Shown here in pieces: positions 9,356 to 18,269 of a stretch of DNA of 43,214 bases. Origin of the DNA: Candidatus Adlerbacteria bacterium RIFCSPHIGHO2_12_FULL_53_18 (lineage in GTDB: Bacteria > Patescibacteriota > Minisyncoccia > Phycocordibacterales > SBAW01); assembly GCA_001775475.1 (NCBI GenBank), contig MEWW01000017.1:1-43214 (forward strand). The letters are read 5' to 3'. The notes under the pieces are model-generated. The model ran no database searches. It saw only the letters and a list, made by a program, of their open reading frames with translations, and was not told the origin of the DNA. The translations under genes and the position numbers were made by a program. Each line of letters starts with the position of its first letter. The first letter of the stretch is position 1.

Positions 9356-10678
9356 ATGACCCTCGAGCAATTCAAGAAAATAGCCAAAAAAATGCCTGAC
9401 ACGCCGGGGGTGTATTTCTTTTTGGATAAGGCTAAAAAAGTGCTCTACATCGGTAAGGCAACCAGCCTGCGCGACCGCGTGCGCAGCTACTTTGCTAAGG
9501 ATCTTATCGCTACCCGCGGGTCGCTTATCACCTCCATGATAGAAAAGGCACACTCAGTTGACTGGCGCGAAGTGGACTCGGTATTGGAGGCGCTTATTTT
9601 GGAGGCAAACCTAATAAAAAATTACAAACCGAAGCACAATACCGACCTCAAAGACGACAAAAGCTGGAACTACGTCGTTATTACGAAGGAAGACTTTCCG
9701 CGGGTGCTTCTTGTGCGGGGGAAGGAGCTAGCGGAGCAGAGGCTCCGCAAAGGTCCTCCGCTTAGGGGAGATAAACGGCACCCCTTCGCGAAGGACTTTG
9801 CTTCGCCGTCATATACAACGTTACATACTTTTGGCCCCTTTCCTCATGGCCTACAGCTCAGAGAGGCGATGAAGCTTATTCGCAAGATATTTCCATATCG
9901 CGATACCTGCATCCCTTGCGAAGTTTTAACGAAGCAGGGCAAACCTTGCAAACCATGTTTCAATGTTCACCTCGGCCTCTGCCCCGGTGTCTGCTCGGGT
10001 GAGATTTCAAAAACAGAGTACCGTAAAATAATCCGCAATATTTCACTCCTTTTTCAGGGCAAAAAGAAGACACTGGTAGTGGTGCTCAAGAGGGAAATGA
10101 AACAGGCGGCTAAAAGTGAACGGTTTGAGGAGGCGGCGCGGCTGCGCAAGCAGATTTTTGCGCTCGAGCATATCCGCGACATTTCGCTTATTAAAGAGGA
10201 GTATCGGCGCCCTCAGATAGAACTCGGGGTAAACCGAATTGAGGCCTACGACATCGCGCACCTGCGCGGCTCGAGCAACGTGGGCGTGATGACAGTGGTG
10301 GAGAACGGTGAGGCGCAAAAAAATGAGTACCGTAAATTCAGAATCCGCACCGCGAATGCAGGCGACGACGTAGGAGCTCTGCGCGAGGTGTTGACCCGCC
10401 GGCTCGGGCACGACGAGTGGCCTATGCCGCGCATTATTGTGGTAGACGGCGCTGCGGCGCAGATAAACGCTGCAGAGCGTGTGCTGAAAAGTTATGGAGT
10501 GGCAATACCAGTAGTTGGGGTGGTAAAAGACGAAAAGCACCGCCCGCGCGACATCCGCGGCAACCGAGATTTAATTAAAGGTCGCGAGCGCGACATCCTT
10601 CTTGCCAACGCCGAAGCACACCGGTTTGCAATAAGCTATCATCGCAAGAGCTCCCGTGCGCAATTTAATCCTCAATAA
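9356..10678 (+). CDS. uvrC: Excinuclease ABC subunit C (no C-terminal HhH2)
   Basis: GIY-YIG (PGVYFF...YIGKA..LRDRV.SY), Cys cluster, UVR domain, RNase H-like EAYDI/VDG motifs. Start taken at 9356 because TGGTACAAT overlaps ATG 9338. Confidence 0.9.
   Translation: MTLEQFKKIAKKMPDTPGVYFFLDKAKKVLYIGKATSLRDRVRSYFAKDLIATRGSLITSMIEKAHSVDWREVDSVLEALILEANLIKNYKPKHNTDLKDDKSWNYVVITKEDFPRVLLVRGKELAEQRLRKGPPLRGDKRHPFAKDFASPSYTTLHTFGPFPHGLQLREAMKLIRKIFPYRDTCIPCEVLTKQGKPCKPCFNVHLGLCPGVCSGEISKTEYRKIIRNISLLFQGKKKTLVVVLKREMKQAAKSERFEEAARLRKQIFALEHIRDISLIKEEYRRPQIELGVNRIEAYDIAHLRGSSNVGVMTVVENGEAQKNEYRKFRIRTANAGDDVGALREVLTRRLGHDEWPMPRIIVVDGAAAQINAAERVLKSYGVAIPVVGVVKDEKHRPRDIRGNRDLIKGRERDILLANAEAHRFAISYHRKSSRAQFNPQ
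9731..9801. repeat. In-frame palindromic element inside uvrC
   Basis: Hairpin GCGGAGC-AGAG-GCTCCGC, then GCAAAGGTCCT...AGGGG-AGATAAACGGCA-CCCCT...AGGACTTTGC. The loop matches the tgt element at 11/12. Confidence 0.75.
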
Positions 10679-10712
10679 AAACAAGGCGGCGCCGAAGCGC
10701 CGCCAGTACGAA

Positions 10713-10904
10713 CTAGTATCGCCTTTGCCAGTTCTGCCACTTGCTGTTTGCGAAATAGAGGAATGAGAGAACAGAGAGGGGAGCAAGCGAAGACCACCAC
10801 ATTACCGTTATGGCCTGCTCCGTGACTTTATCGTCGGTGCCGATAAGCCATAGAACGCAACTCACACCGAACATGAAAAGAGAGCCGCAAATCCCAACCG
10901 CCAT
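10713..10904 (-). CDS. Small two-TM hypothetical protein
   Basis: Two hydrophobic segments, AAAGGA upstream, GGCGGCGC/GCGCCGCC hairpin downstream. Confidence 0.5.
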   Translation of the reverse strand: MAVGICGSLFMFGVSCVLWLIGTDDKVTEQAITVMWWSSLAPLSVLSFLYFANSKWQNWQRRY

Positions 10905-10986
10905 GGGATATTCCTTTAGTTAAGAGCATGGCCGGCCTCTGGCCACGGACACTGTACTAGCATATTTTTGCGTTATAATAAAGGCC

Positions 10987-11964
10987 ATGCGCACCGTAGT
11001 CGGGGTACTCCGTGGCGGGCCCTCAAGCGAGTACAACGTGTCGCTCAAAAGCGGCGCGAGTGTTTTAAACGCACTCGACCGCGAACGGTACGACCCGCGC
11101 GACATCTTTATCGACCGCCAAGGTGCCTGGCATATGCACGGTGTTGAGGCCACTCCTGCACGGGCGCTCCGCGGCGTGGATGTTGCGGTAAACATGATAC
11201 ACGGCGAGTATGGCGAAGACGGCTCGCTCCACCAAGTACTCGATGCGCTTGCGGTGCCGTATACCGGCTCCTCGGCGGCAGTTTCCAAACTCGTATTCAA
11301 CAAGCATCTGACCAGGGAGGCGGTGCAAAAGTTTGGCGTTAAAGTGCCGCATGGGGTTGTGGTTAAGTACCCTAAGCGCGGCGCCGAAGATTTGGAAGAG
11401 CTGGCACGCCGGTTGTTTACCCGTCTTCCGCAGCCCTCTATCGTTAAGCCTGTCACCGGAGGCTCTTCGGTTGGCATGACCATAGCCGAAGACTTTCATA
11501 CCCTGCTGTGGGGGCTGGAACATGCGTTCCAATACTCGCCGCAGGTCTTAGTAGAGGAGTTTATCCGCGGCCGTGAGGCCACTGTGGGAGTGATTGACGA
11601 TTTTCGAAACGAAAAGACCTATACACTCATGCCGGTCGAGATTATCCCGCCACCACACCACAAGTTCTTCAGCTACGACGCCAAGTACAGCGGCGAGACC
11701 CTGGAGCGCGTGCCGAGCCACTTTACCCACGAACAAAAGCAGGATCTGATGAATATCGCCAAGGCCGTGCATGAGAATTTGGGGTTAAGTCACTACTCGC
11801 GGAGCGACTTTATTGTCTCGCGCCGGGGAATTTACTTCTTGGAGATCAACAACTCGGCCGGAGTGGGGATGACCGAGGAGTCTCTGATGCCCAAAGCGAT
11901 TAAGGCAGTCGGCTCCAAACTCTCCGAGTTTTTCGAGCATGTTATCAACCTGGCGCGGCGGTAA
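10987..11964 (+). CDS. ddl: D-alanine--D-alanine ligase
   Basis: GGPSSEYNVS, HGEYGEDG, VKP..GGSS.G, YDAKY, RSDF and LEIN motifs. Confidence 0.93.
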   Translation: MRTVVGVLRGGPSSEYNVSLKSGASVLNALDRERYDPRDIFIDRQGAWHMHGVEATPARALRGVDVAVNMIHGEYGEDGSLHQVLDALAVPYTGSSAAVSKLVFNKHLTREAVQKFGVKVPHGVVVKYPKRGAEDLEELARRLFTRLPQPSIVKPVTGGSSVGMTIAEDFHTLLWGLEHAFQYSPQVLVEEFIRGREATVGVIDDFRNEKTYTLMPVEIIPPPHHKFFSYDAKYSGETLERVPSHFTHEQKQDLMNIAKAVHENLGLSHYSRSDFIVSRRGIYFLEINNSAGVGMTEESLMPKAIKAVGSKLSEFFEHVINLARR

Positions 11965-12299
11965 TGTCTGAACTCTCCAAAAAAAGATGTATACCGTGCG
12001 AAGGCGGTGTTACAGCCTATACGCCGCAAGAAGCACAAAAAATGATGAAGGAGCTTGCCGGAGGCTGGATGCTTATCGATGGCGCACACCTGTTGATTAA
12101 AGAATTTCAGTTTAAAAACTTTAAAGAAGCTCTCGCCTTTGCCAACAAAGTGGGCGAAATTGCCGAGGCGGAGCAGCATCACCCGGACCTCTCGGTTGGC
12201 TGGGGCAGGGTCTCTGTGGAGCTCACTACCCACGCGATAGACGGCCTGTCGGAGAATGACTTCATTGTAGCGGCCAAGATAGACGAGATTGCGAAATAA
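11964..12299 (+). CDS. phhB: Pterin-4-alpha-carbinolamine dehydratase
   Basis: CIPCEGG, EQHHPD and THAIDGLSENDF motifs. Confidence 0.92.
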   Translation: MSELSKKRCIPCEGGVTAYTPQEAQKMMKELAGGWMLIDGAHLLIKEFQFKNFKEALAFANKVGEIAEAEQHHPDLSVGWGRVSVELTTHAIDGLSENDFIVAAKIDEIAK

Positions 12300-12319
12300 T
12301 GTTTAAATAGGCCACGCAC

Positions 12320-12395
12320 GGGCCCGTAGCTTAGTTGGTAGAGCGCCTCATTTGCAATGAGGAGGTCACCGGTTCGAATCCGGTCGGGTCCACCA
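12320..12395 (+). tRNA. tRNA-Ala(TGC), CCA encoded
   Basis: Acceptor GGGCCCG/CGGGTCC with G3-U70; anticodon arm CCTCA-TTTGCAA-TGAGG; GTTCGAATC. Confidence 0.97.
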
Positions 12396-12396
12396 C

Positions 12397-12469
12397 GCAC
12401 TCTTAGCTCAGTTGGTAGAGCACACCCTTCACACGGGTGGGGTCGCAGGTTCGAGTCCTGCAGAGTGCA
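12397..12469 (+). tRNA. tRNA-Val(CAC)
   Basis: Acceptor GCACTCT/AGAGTGC; anticodon arm CACCC-TTCACAC-GGGTG. Confidence 0.95.
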
Positions 12470-12561
12470 CAAGTCGTGTGGGGCACGACTTGTGAGCCGG
12501 AGGTGCGACGGCACCGAGGCGGGGTCGCGGAAATTTTCAGCAGAAAATTATCTGTGACCCT
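12468..12561. repeat. Multi-hairpin element directly downstream of tRNA-Val
   Basis: CACAAGTCGTG/CACGACTTGTG, GGTGC/GCACC and GGGTCGCGGA-AATTTTC/GAAAATT-A-TCTGTGACCC stems. Confidence 0.6.
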
Positions 12562-12582
12562 GTGCAGAATTATTGACAAAAT

Positions 12583-12656
12583 CGGGGTGTGGTATAACGG
12601 TATTACGTACGATTCGGGTTCGTAAAATCCGAGTTCAATTCTCGGCACCCCGACCA
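12583..12656 (+). tRNA. tRNA-Pro(CGG), CCA encoded
   Basis: Acceptor CGGGGTG/CACCCCG; anticodon arm TACGA-TTCGGGT-TCGTA. Confidence 0.93.
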
Positions 12657-12683
12657 GGTTTTTGATATAGTATTTGGCGATTA

Positions 12684-12754
12684 GGGCCTGTAGTAAAGTG
12701 GTATTACGCGGCATTCGCATTGCCGAGTCGCGAGTTCGATTCTCGCCAGGTCCA
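12684..12754 (+). tRNA. tRNA-Ala(CGC)
   Basis: Acceptor GGGCCTG/CAGGTCC with G3-U70; anticodon arm CGGCA-TTCGCAT-TGCCG. Confidence 0.93.
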
Positions 12755-12785
12755 CATACACAAAATATGCTATCCTGGCAGGGCA

Positions 12786-13391
12786 ATGGCAAAAGGTAAA
12801 AATGTTTACCGAAAAATCGTCAACTTTTTCTACGAAGTGGGCACCATGCGCCGGCTGCCGCGCATCCACCGGCAAACGCTTCTGGTAGATGACGTCACCG
12901 ACACAATTGCCAGTCACTCCTACCGCGTGGCATTAATAGGTTGGTTTTTGGCAAAGGAAGAAAAGGTAGACCCATACAAAGTGGTGATGATGTGTCTTCT
13001 GCACGATGTGGGCGAGGTGCGCACCGGCGACCACAACTGGGTACACAAGCGTTACATAAAGATTTTTGACGATGAGGTTATAAAAGAACAGTTGGGCGAC
13101 CTGCCGCACCAAGAGATTTTCGAGATTGCTGAGGAGTACCATGCCCGCAAGAGCAAGGAGTCGATAGTGGCCAAGCAGGCTGATGTGCTCGACCAGCTTT
13201 TGCTTCTTAGGGAGTACGAGTGGCAGGGTATCAAAGAGGCACCGGAGTGGATCCGCGGGCGGCCCAAAGACGGCGTCGCCAACAAGCAGGGGGAGCTCAT
13301 CCTGCCGAGCTCGCGCAGGCTCGGCAAAGAGATACTCACGACGCGCCCTTCGGAGTGGTGGGCTAACCTTCAGACCAGCAAAAACCGCTAG
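12786..13391 (+). CDS. HD-domain phosphohydrolase (YfbR/HDDC2-like 5'-deoxynucleotidase)
   Basis: IASHSYRV, LLHD.GE.RTGD and AD.LD motifs. Start moved to ATG 12786 because the tracked start lies inside the tRNA. Confidence 0.85.
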   Translation: MAKGKNVYRKIVNFFYEVGTMRRLPRIHRQTLLVDDVTDTIASHSYRVALIGWFLAKEEKVDPYKVVMMCLLHDVGEVRTGDHNWVHKRYIKIFDDEVIKEQLGDLPHQEIFEIAEEYHARKSKESIVAKQADVLDQLLLLREYEWQGIKEAPEWIRGRPKDGVANKQGELILPSSRRLGKEILTTRPSEWWANLQTSKNR

Positions 13392-13460
13392 TTGCGGCGC
13401 GAGACGGAGCGCGGTAAAACTAGGCAGACAGAGCAGTATTATTTTTATCGAACAAGTTGT

Positions 13461-14039
13461 ATGAGCTTTAATTTACTTTTGGGCATTGTGGCGGCAATTG
13501 TGGTTGTGGGCGGAGGTGCCTATGTCGCCATGAATCCGGAGATTATAATGAGCATTAGCGGCGGCAGTGCGGAAGAGGGAGAGGAGGCAATGGAGAATAA
13601 AGAAGGCGCCTCGGTAGGCAACACCTTTGCCAACCTGGTGGCCTTGGGCCAGAGCGTTACATGTACCTTTAGCCACGACGACGGCGCGGGCAGCCGCTCC
13701 TCGGGCACGGTGTATATGACTGGCGGTGCCACGCAGATGCGCGGCGACTTTACGGTTGAGGCAAGCGGCACGGCACCGGTTGAGACCTTCATGGTCCGCA
13801 CGGGCGGCTACACCTACATTTGGAGCGATGCTTCGCCGCAGGGAATCAAGAGTCAGGTCATCAACGAAACAGAGCTCATGAGCGACGACCAAAACGGCGG
13901 TATCGACGAGGACACAGAGTTTAGCTGCCAAGCGTGGAGTGTAGATACAGCCAAGTTTTCACTCCCGAACGGCATTCAGTTTACAGACATGAGCGCGCAG
14001 ATAGACGCCATGATGGAGGCTTCGGGCATCATTCAATAA
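13461..14039 (+). CDS. Membrane-anchored hypothetical protein (LolA-like beta-rich)
   Basis: N-terminal TM, CTF...SGTVY...MRGD...YIW pattern, C-terminal F.LP..IQF. Confidence 0.7.
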   Translation: MSFNLLLGIVAAIVVVGGGAYVAMNPEIIMSISGGSAEEGEEAMENKEGASVGNTFANLVALGQSVTCTFSHDDGAGSRSSGTVYMTGGATQMRGDFTVEASGTAPVETFMVRTGGYTYIWSDASPQGIKSQVINETELMSDDQNGGIDEDTEFSCQAWSVDTAKFSLPNGIQFTDMSAQIDAMMEASGIIQ

Positions 14040-14057
14040 TCGCGTTATTATACAAGG

Positions 14058-14867
14058 GTGTCAGACATCCTAAGCGCTTTTGCCGTGCTTGACCCAAAGG
14101 GTGCCATTGGGGCCGCCGAGTTGCAGCTCATGGTGCAGGCGATGCTTTTTATGCTCATCGTCGCGGTGCCGGTGTTTGTCCTGCTGTTTTTCTTTGCCTG
14201 GCATTACCGAGCGGGCAACAAAAAAGCCAAGTACCTGCCGGAGTGGGAGCATGCAAAAATTGACGAGCTTATCTGGTGGGCGATACCGTTTGAAATTGTG
14301 TTGATATTAGGCGCCTTAACCTGGACAAGCACCCACGAGCTCGACCCGCCGAAACCCTTAGAAGGCGAGCCCGCACTCGTAGTGCAGGTTGTTGCACTCG
14401 ACTGGAAGTGGCTTTTTATCTACCCCGAAGAGGGGGTAGCCACAGTTAACTACCTTGCAATACCGGTTGGCCGGCCAGTGCAATTTAACATCACTTCCGA
14501 CGCGCCGATGAACGCATTTTGGATACCGCAGCTCGGCGGAATGCTCTACGCCATGACCGGTATGACCAACACGCTCCACTTAGTAGCCGACGAAGCGGGG
14601 GAGTATAAGGGCCTTTCCGCCAACTACAGCGGCGAGGGCTTCGCTCAGATGAAATTCGTCGCCGAAGCAATGCCGGCTGAGGAGTTTGAGACATGGACGA
14701 TAGTGACAAGATCCTCTTCGCGGTACTTGTCGTGGCAGGAGTACGAACACCTTGCGGAGCCGAGTGTCGAGGAAAGACCTACGTACTACGCGGGCGTTGA
14801 GAATAACCTTTACAATACAATCGTGATGCAGTTTATGGAAAGCGGCACGCACGCCGAGGCGCATTAA
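14058..14867 (+). CDS. cyoA: Cytochrome bo3 quinol oxidase subunit II
   Basis: LDPKG, IWWAIP, DWKWLFIYP, MNAFWIPQLGG and SANYSGEGF motifs; no CuA cysteines. Confidence 0.93.
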   Translation: MSDILSAFAVLDPKGAIGAAELQLMVQAMLFMLIVAVPVFVLLFFFAWHYRAGNKKAKYLPEWEHAKIDELIWWAIPFEIVLILGALTWTSTHELDPPKPLEGEPALVVQVVALDWKWLFIYPEEGVATVNYLAIPVGRPVQFNITSDAPMNAFWIPQLGGMLYAMTGMTNTLHLVADEAGEYKGLSANYSGEGFAQMKFVAEAMPAEEFETWTIVTRSSSRYLSWQEYEHLAEPSVEERPTYYAGVENNLYNTIVMQFMESGTHAEAH

Positions 14868-14889
14868 TTATTTGTGGTATAGTGCTTAT

Positions 14890-15072
14890 ATGGCTGTTAT
14901 CACTATTCCAAAAAAGCTGGCAAACAAGGGCGATTTGGTGGTAATCCCTAAAAAGGAACTAGAAGCCCTTATTGAACGCGCTGGAGAAGAAGTAACCGAA
15001 CGGGATATCCTACGTTGGTCAAAAGAAGCAAAACGTCTTCGTCGCGCCGGTAAACTTCGAAAACTCTCTTAG
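14890..15072 (+). CDS. Putative antitoxin
   Basis: 60-aa MAVITIPKK...DLVVIPKKE protein just upstream of a RelE-like gene, with its own TGGTATAGT -10. Confidence 0.65.
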   Translation: MAVITIPKKLANKGDLVVIPKKELEALIERAGEEVTERDILRWSKEAKRLRRAGKLRKLS

Positions 15073-15091
15073 TCGCCCACTCCAGTTGGCT

Positions 15092-15355
15092 ATGACGATT
15101 TATCTTTTTGGCCGCTATCGTCGTAGCTATAAACGCCTTGATCCGCAGTTACAACGTCTAGCAACGGAGCGAATAGTTCTCTTTGAGCGCAACCCGTTTG
15201 ATCCACGTCTCGACACGCACAGCCTCCACGGTAAACTTAAGAAGCAGTGGAGCTTTTCCGTAGACAAACGATACCGGATACTCTTTGAGTTTCTCGACAA
15301 GAACAAAGAGGAGGTCATCTTTTTAGATGTAGGTTCTCACTCGATATACCGATAA
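15092..15355 (+). CDS. RelE/YafQ-family mRNA interferase toxin
   Basis: Basic 87-aa protein: NPFDPRLDTHSLHGKL..WSFSV..YRILF...VGSHSIY. Confidence 0.85.
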   Translation: MTIYLFGRYRRSYKRLDPQLQRLATERIVLFERNPFDPRLDTHSLHGKLKKQWSFSVDKRYRILFEFLDKNKEEVIFLDVGSHSIYR

Positions 15356-15358
15356 CCT

Positions 15359-17254
15359 ATGTTTGGCAGACTTACACTAGACGCATTCGTGCATGCACCG
15401 GTTGAGACCGGCGCTCAGCTTATGGTGGTGGGCGGTGCTGTGGCCGTGGTGCTCTTGCTGACCTACTTTAAAAAGTGGGGATGGCTCTACCACGAGTGGT
15501 TGACCTCCCTCGATGCCAAAAAAATCGGCATCATGTACCTCGTCTTAACTGCTGTGATGTTGGCGCGCGGCGCCGCAGACGCCTTTATGATGCGCGCCCA
15601 GCAGGTAGTGGCGGTGGGGGAAGGGGTAGGATATCTACCGCCGGATCACTACGCACAAATTTTCAGCGCGCACGGCGTCATTATGATTTTCTTCGTCGCG
15701 ATGCCGTTTATGTTCGCGCTCCTCAACCTCATCGTACCCTTGCAAATCGGCGCCAGAGACGTTGCCTATCCTTTTTTAAACTCCGTTTCGTTCTGGCTCA
15801 CGGCCGTGGGTGCCATACTCATCAACCTCTCGCTCGTGGCGGGGGAGTTTGCTGCAACCGGCTGGCTGGCTTACCCGCCCTTGTCAGGCTTAGAGTACAG
15901 CCCGGGGGTTGGGGTCGACTACTGGATATGGGCCCTGCAGATTTCAGGCATAGGTACGCTTATCTCCGGCATCAACTTCTTTGTCACCATACTTAAAATG
16001 CGCGCGCCGGGGATGACTCTGATGCGCATGCCAATCTTCTGCTGGACGGCTCTCGGCTCGATGTCGCTCGTCATCTTTGCCTTCCCGATTTTGACGGTGA
16101 CCTTGAGTCTTCTCGCTCTCGACCGGATATTTGGCATGCACTTTTTCACCACCGACATGGGCGGCAACGCCATGCTCTACGTCAACTTAATCTGGGCCTG
16201 GGGACACCCCGAGGTTTACATTCTTATACTGCCCGCGTTCGGGATTTTCTCGGAAGTGGTGGCCACTTTTTCACAGAAAAGATTGTTCGGCTACACCTCA
16301 ATGGTCGTGGCGACCATGGCAATCGTCGTGTTGTCGTTTATCGTCTGGGTACACCACTTTTTTACCATGGGTGCGGGTTCAGACGTCAACGCATTTTTCG
16401 GCATTATGACGATGACAATAGCCATTCCGACCGGCGTCAAAGTGTTTAACTGGCTCTTTACCATGTTCCGCGGCCGGATTATCTTTGCGACGCCCATGCT
16501 GTGGTTTATGGGCTTCTTAACCACGTTTACCTTGGGCGGGATGACAGGGGTCTTAATGGCCATACCGGGCGCCGACTTCCAGCTCCACAATTCGCTGTTT
16601 TTGGTCGCACACTTCCACAACATGATTATAGGCGGCGTACTCTTCGGCTTTTTTGCGGGGCTGACCTACTGGTGGCCAAAAATATTCGGCTTCACATTAA
16701 GCGAGCGGCTCGGCCGGTACGCCTTTTGGAGCTGGATTATCGGATTTCTCCTTGCGTTTATCCCGCTCTACTTACTCGGTCTGATGGGCATGACCCGGCG
16801 GCTCAACCAGGTAGACGAGATATTCCAGCCGCTCCTTATAGTCGCGGCAGTGGGGGCGTGTGTTATTGCGCTCGGGATTTTCTTTCAAGTTCTGCAAATT
16901 GTTCACGGCATATGGAACCGGAAGAAAAACATCGCGGGCAGTGACCCGTGGAACGGGCGCACGCTCGAGTGGGCCACTTCCTCGCCGCCGCCAGAGTATA
17001 ACTTTGCAACAATCCCGGCTGTCGAAGGCCGTGATGCGTGGTGGCTTATGAAGCGGCAAGGTAAAAAATTAGAGGGGCGCGAGGAAAAGATTCATATACC
17101 GGCAAATACCCCGTTTGGACTTTTTATTGCGGGATGCACTTTGTTGCTAGGGTTCGGGATCATCTGGCACATGTGGTGGCTGGCCGTCCTTGGTGTTGTG
17201 GGGTGTATTGTTTTGCTTATGGTTCGATCTTTTATGTATGAAGGAGAACACTAG
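15359..17254 (+). CDS. cyoB: Cytochrome bo3 quinol oxidase subunit I
   Basis: RG.ADA.MMR and HY.QIF.AHG quinol-site residues; WGHPEVY, VWVHH, AHFH, MTRR. Confidence 0.97.
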   Translation: MFGRLTLDAFVHAPVETGAQLMVVGGAVAVVLLLTYFKKWGWLYHEWLTSLDAKKIGIMYLVLTAVMLARGAADAFMMRAQQVVAVGEGVGYLPPDHYAQIFSAHGVIMIFFVAMPFMFALLNLIVPLQIGARDVAYPFLNSVSFWLTAVGAILINLSLVAGEFAATGWLAYPPLSGLEYSPGVGVDYWIWALQISGIGTLISGINFFVTILKMRAPGMTLMRMPIFCWTALGSMSLVIFAFPILTVTLSLLALDRIFGMHFFTTDMGGNAMLYVNLIWAWGHPEVYILILPAFGIFSEVVATFSQKRLFGYTSMVVATMAIVVLSFIVWVHHFFTMGAGSDVNAFFGIMTMTIAIPTGVKVFNWLFTMFRGRIIFATPMLWFMGFLTTFTLGGMTGVLMAIPGADFQLHNSLFLVAHFHNMIIGGVLFGFFAGLTYWWPKIFGFTLSERLGRYAFWSWIIGFLLAFIPLYLLGLMGMTRRLNQVDEIFQPLLIVAAVGACVIALGIFFQVLQIVHGIWNRKKNIAGSDPWNGRTLEWATSSPPPEYNFATIPAVEGRDAWWLMKRQGKKLEGREEKIHIPANTPFGLFIAGCTLLLGFGIIWHMWWLAVLGVVGCIVLLMVRSFMYEGEH

Positions 17255-17255
17255 C

Positions 17256-17828
17256 ATGCCTGCGCATGCAGGCGACAAAGTACTATTCGGCTTTTGGGTC
17301 TACCTCATGAGCGACGTGGTCTTGTTTGCGTCGCTTTTTGCGACCCACGCAGTCTTGCAAGGCCAGACTTTCGGAGCCCCAAGCATCGCCGAGCTCGCGA
17401 ACCTGCCCTTTGTGTTGTGGGAGACTCTTATCCTTCTCACATCAAGCTTTACCGTGGGTTTGACAGTGTATTTCGCTGCAAAAAAGAGAAAAGTGCAGAC
17501 TTTTTTGGCCTTAGCAGCTACATTAGCGCTCGGTGCCGCGTTTCTCTCGATGGAGCTGTATGAGTTTGCTCACTTAGTCAAAGAAGGCCACGGCCCGTGG
17601 GCAAACGCTTCATACTCGGCCTTCTTTACTCTTGTCGGCACGCACGGCCTGCACGTGTTTTTGGGTACGGTGTGGGGCATGTTGCTTGTGGTTCAGCTGA
17701 TGGTGTGGGAAGCACATGCAACAGTAGCGCGGCGGCTTATGTGCTTTAGCCTGTTTTGGCACTTCCTCGACGTGATTTGGATTTTTATCTTTACCTTCGT
17801 GTACCTGTTCGGCGCACTACAAGTATGA
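17256..17828 (+). CDS. cyoC: Cytochrome bo3 quinol oxidase subunit III
   Basis: FGFWVYLMSD, ETLILLTSS, FFTLVGTHGLHV and FWHFLDVIW motifs; AAGGAG before ATG 17256. Confidence 0.95.
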   Translation: MPAHAGDKVLFGFWVYLMSDVVLFASLFATHAVLQGQTFGAPSIAELANLPFVLWETLILLTSSFTVGLTVYFAAKKRKVQTFLALAATLALGAAFLSMELYEFAHLVKEGHGPWANASYSAFFTLVGTHGLHVFLGTVWGMLLVVQLMVWEAHATVARRLMCFSLFWHFLDVIWIFIFTFVYLFGALQV

Positions 17829-17830
17829 GT

Positions 17831-17906
17831 CCCGTTAGAGACCCGCATATACACTATGTCTGATAAAATTTCACCACAAAGAAAAAGTTCCTTAGTCTCT
17901 AACGGG
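17831..17906. mobile_element. 76-bp MITE-like element with 12-bp terminal inverted repeats and 6-bp target duplication
   Basis: CCCGTTAGAGAC (17831-17842) / GTCTCTAACGGG (17895-17906), flanked by ATGAGT at 17825-17830 and 17907-17912. Confidence 0.85.
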
Positions 17907-18269
17907 ATGAGTACGTTACAGAACTATAGTATCGGCTTCCTGCTCTCAATCGCGTTTACGCTCGCGGCTTTTTGGCTCGTGTGGCAGCACGTACAGGGCG
18001 CGGCGCTGTTCTCTGCAGAAAAGCTTGTCGTGCTGTTGGTGGGGCTCGCCGTAGCTCAGCTCTACGTCCAGCTTATCTGCTTTTTGCATCTGGGGGCCGA
18101 GAAGCAGAGGCCGCGATGGAGCCTCATCATTTTTGCCTTTGCCGCGGTTGTCGTTGTGGTGCTCGTGGGCGGCACTATCTGGATTATGTACCACCTAGAC
18201 CGGGGTCATACTGATCTTTCGGAAATTTATCCAAGCGGCACGGTTTCGCCCCAAACCCAGGATGATTAG
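17907..18269 (+). CDS. cyoD: Cytochrome bo3 quinol oxidase subunit IV
   Basis: Y.IGF.LS..FT..AF, AVAQL.VQL.CFLH and GTIWIM motifs. Original start is ATG 17907; in-frame ATG 17856 lies within the MITE. Confidence 0.9.
   Translation: MSTLQNYSIGFLLSIAFTLAAFWLVWQHVQGAALFSAEKLVVLLVGLAVAQLYVQLICFLHLGAEKQRPRWSLIIFAFAAVVVVVLVGGTIWIMYHLDRGHTDLSEIYPSGTVSPQTQDD

Noticed and set aside
12720-12785. Tracked N-terminal extensions of the HD gene (and of 41511-42521)
   Set aside because: They overlap tRNA genes; downstream starts with -10 boxes fit better.
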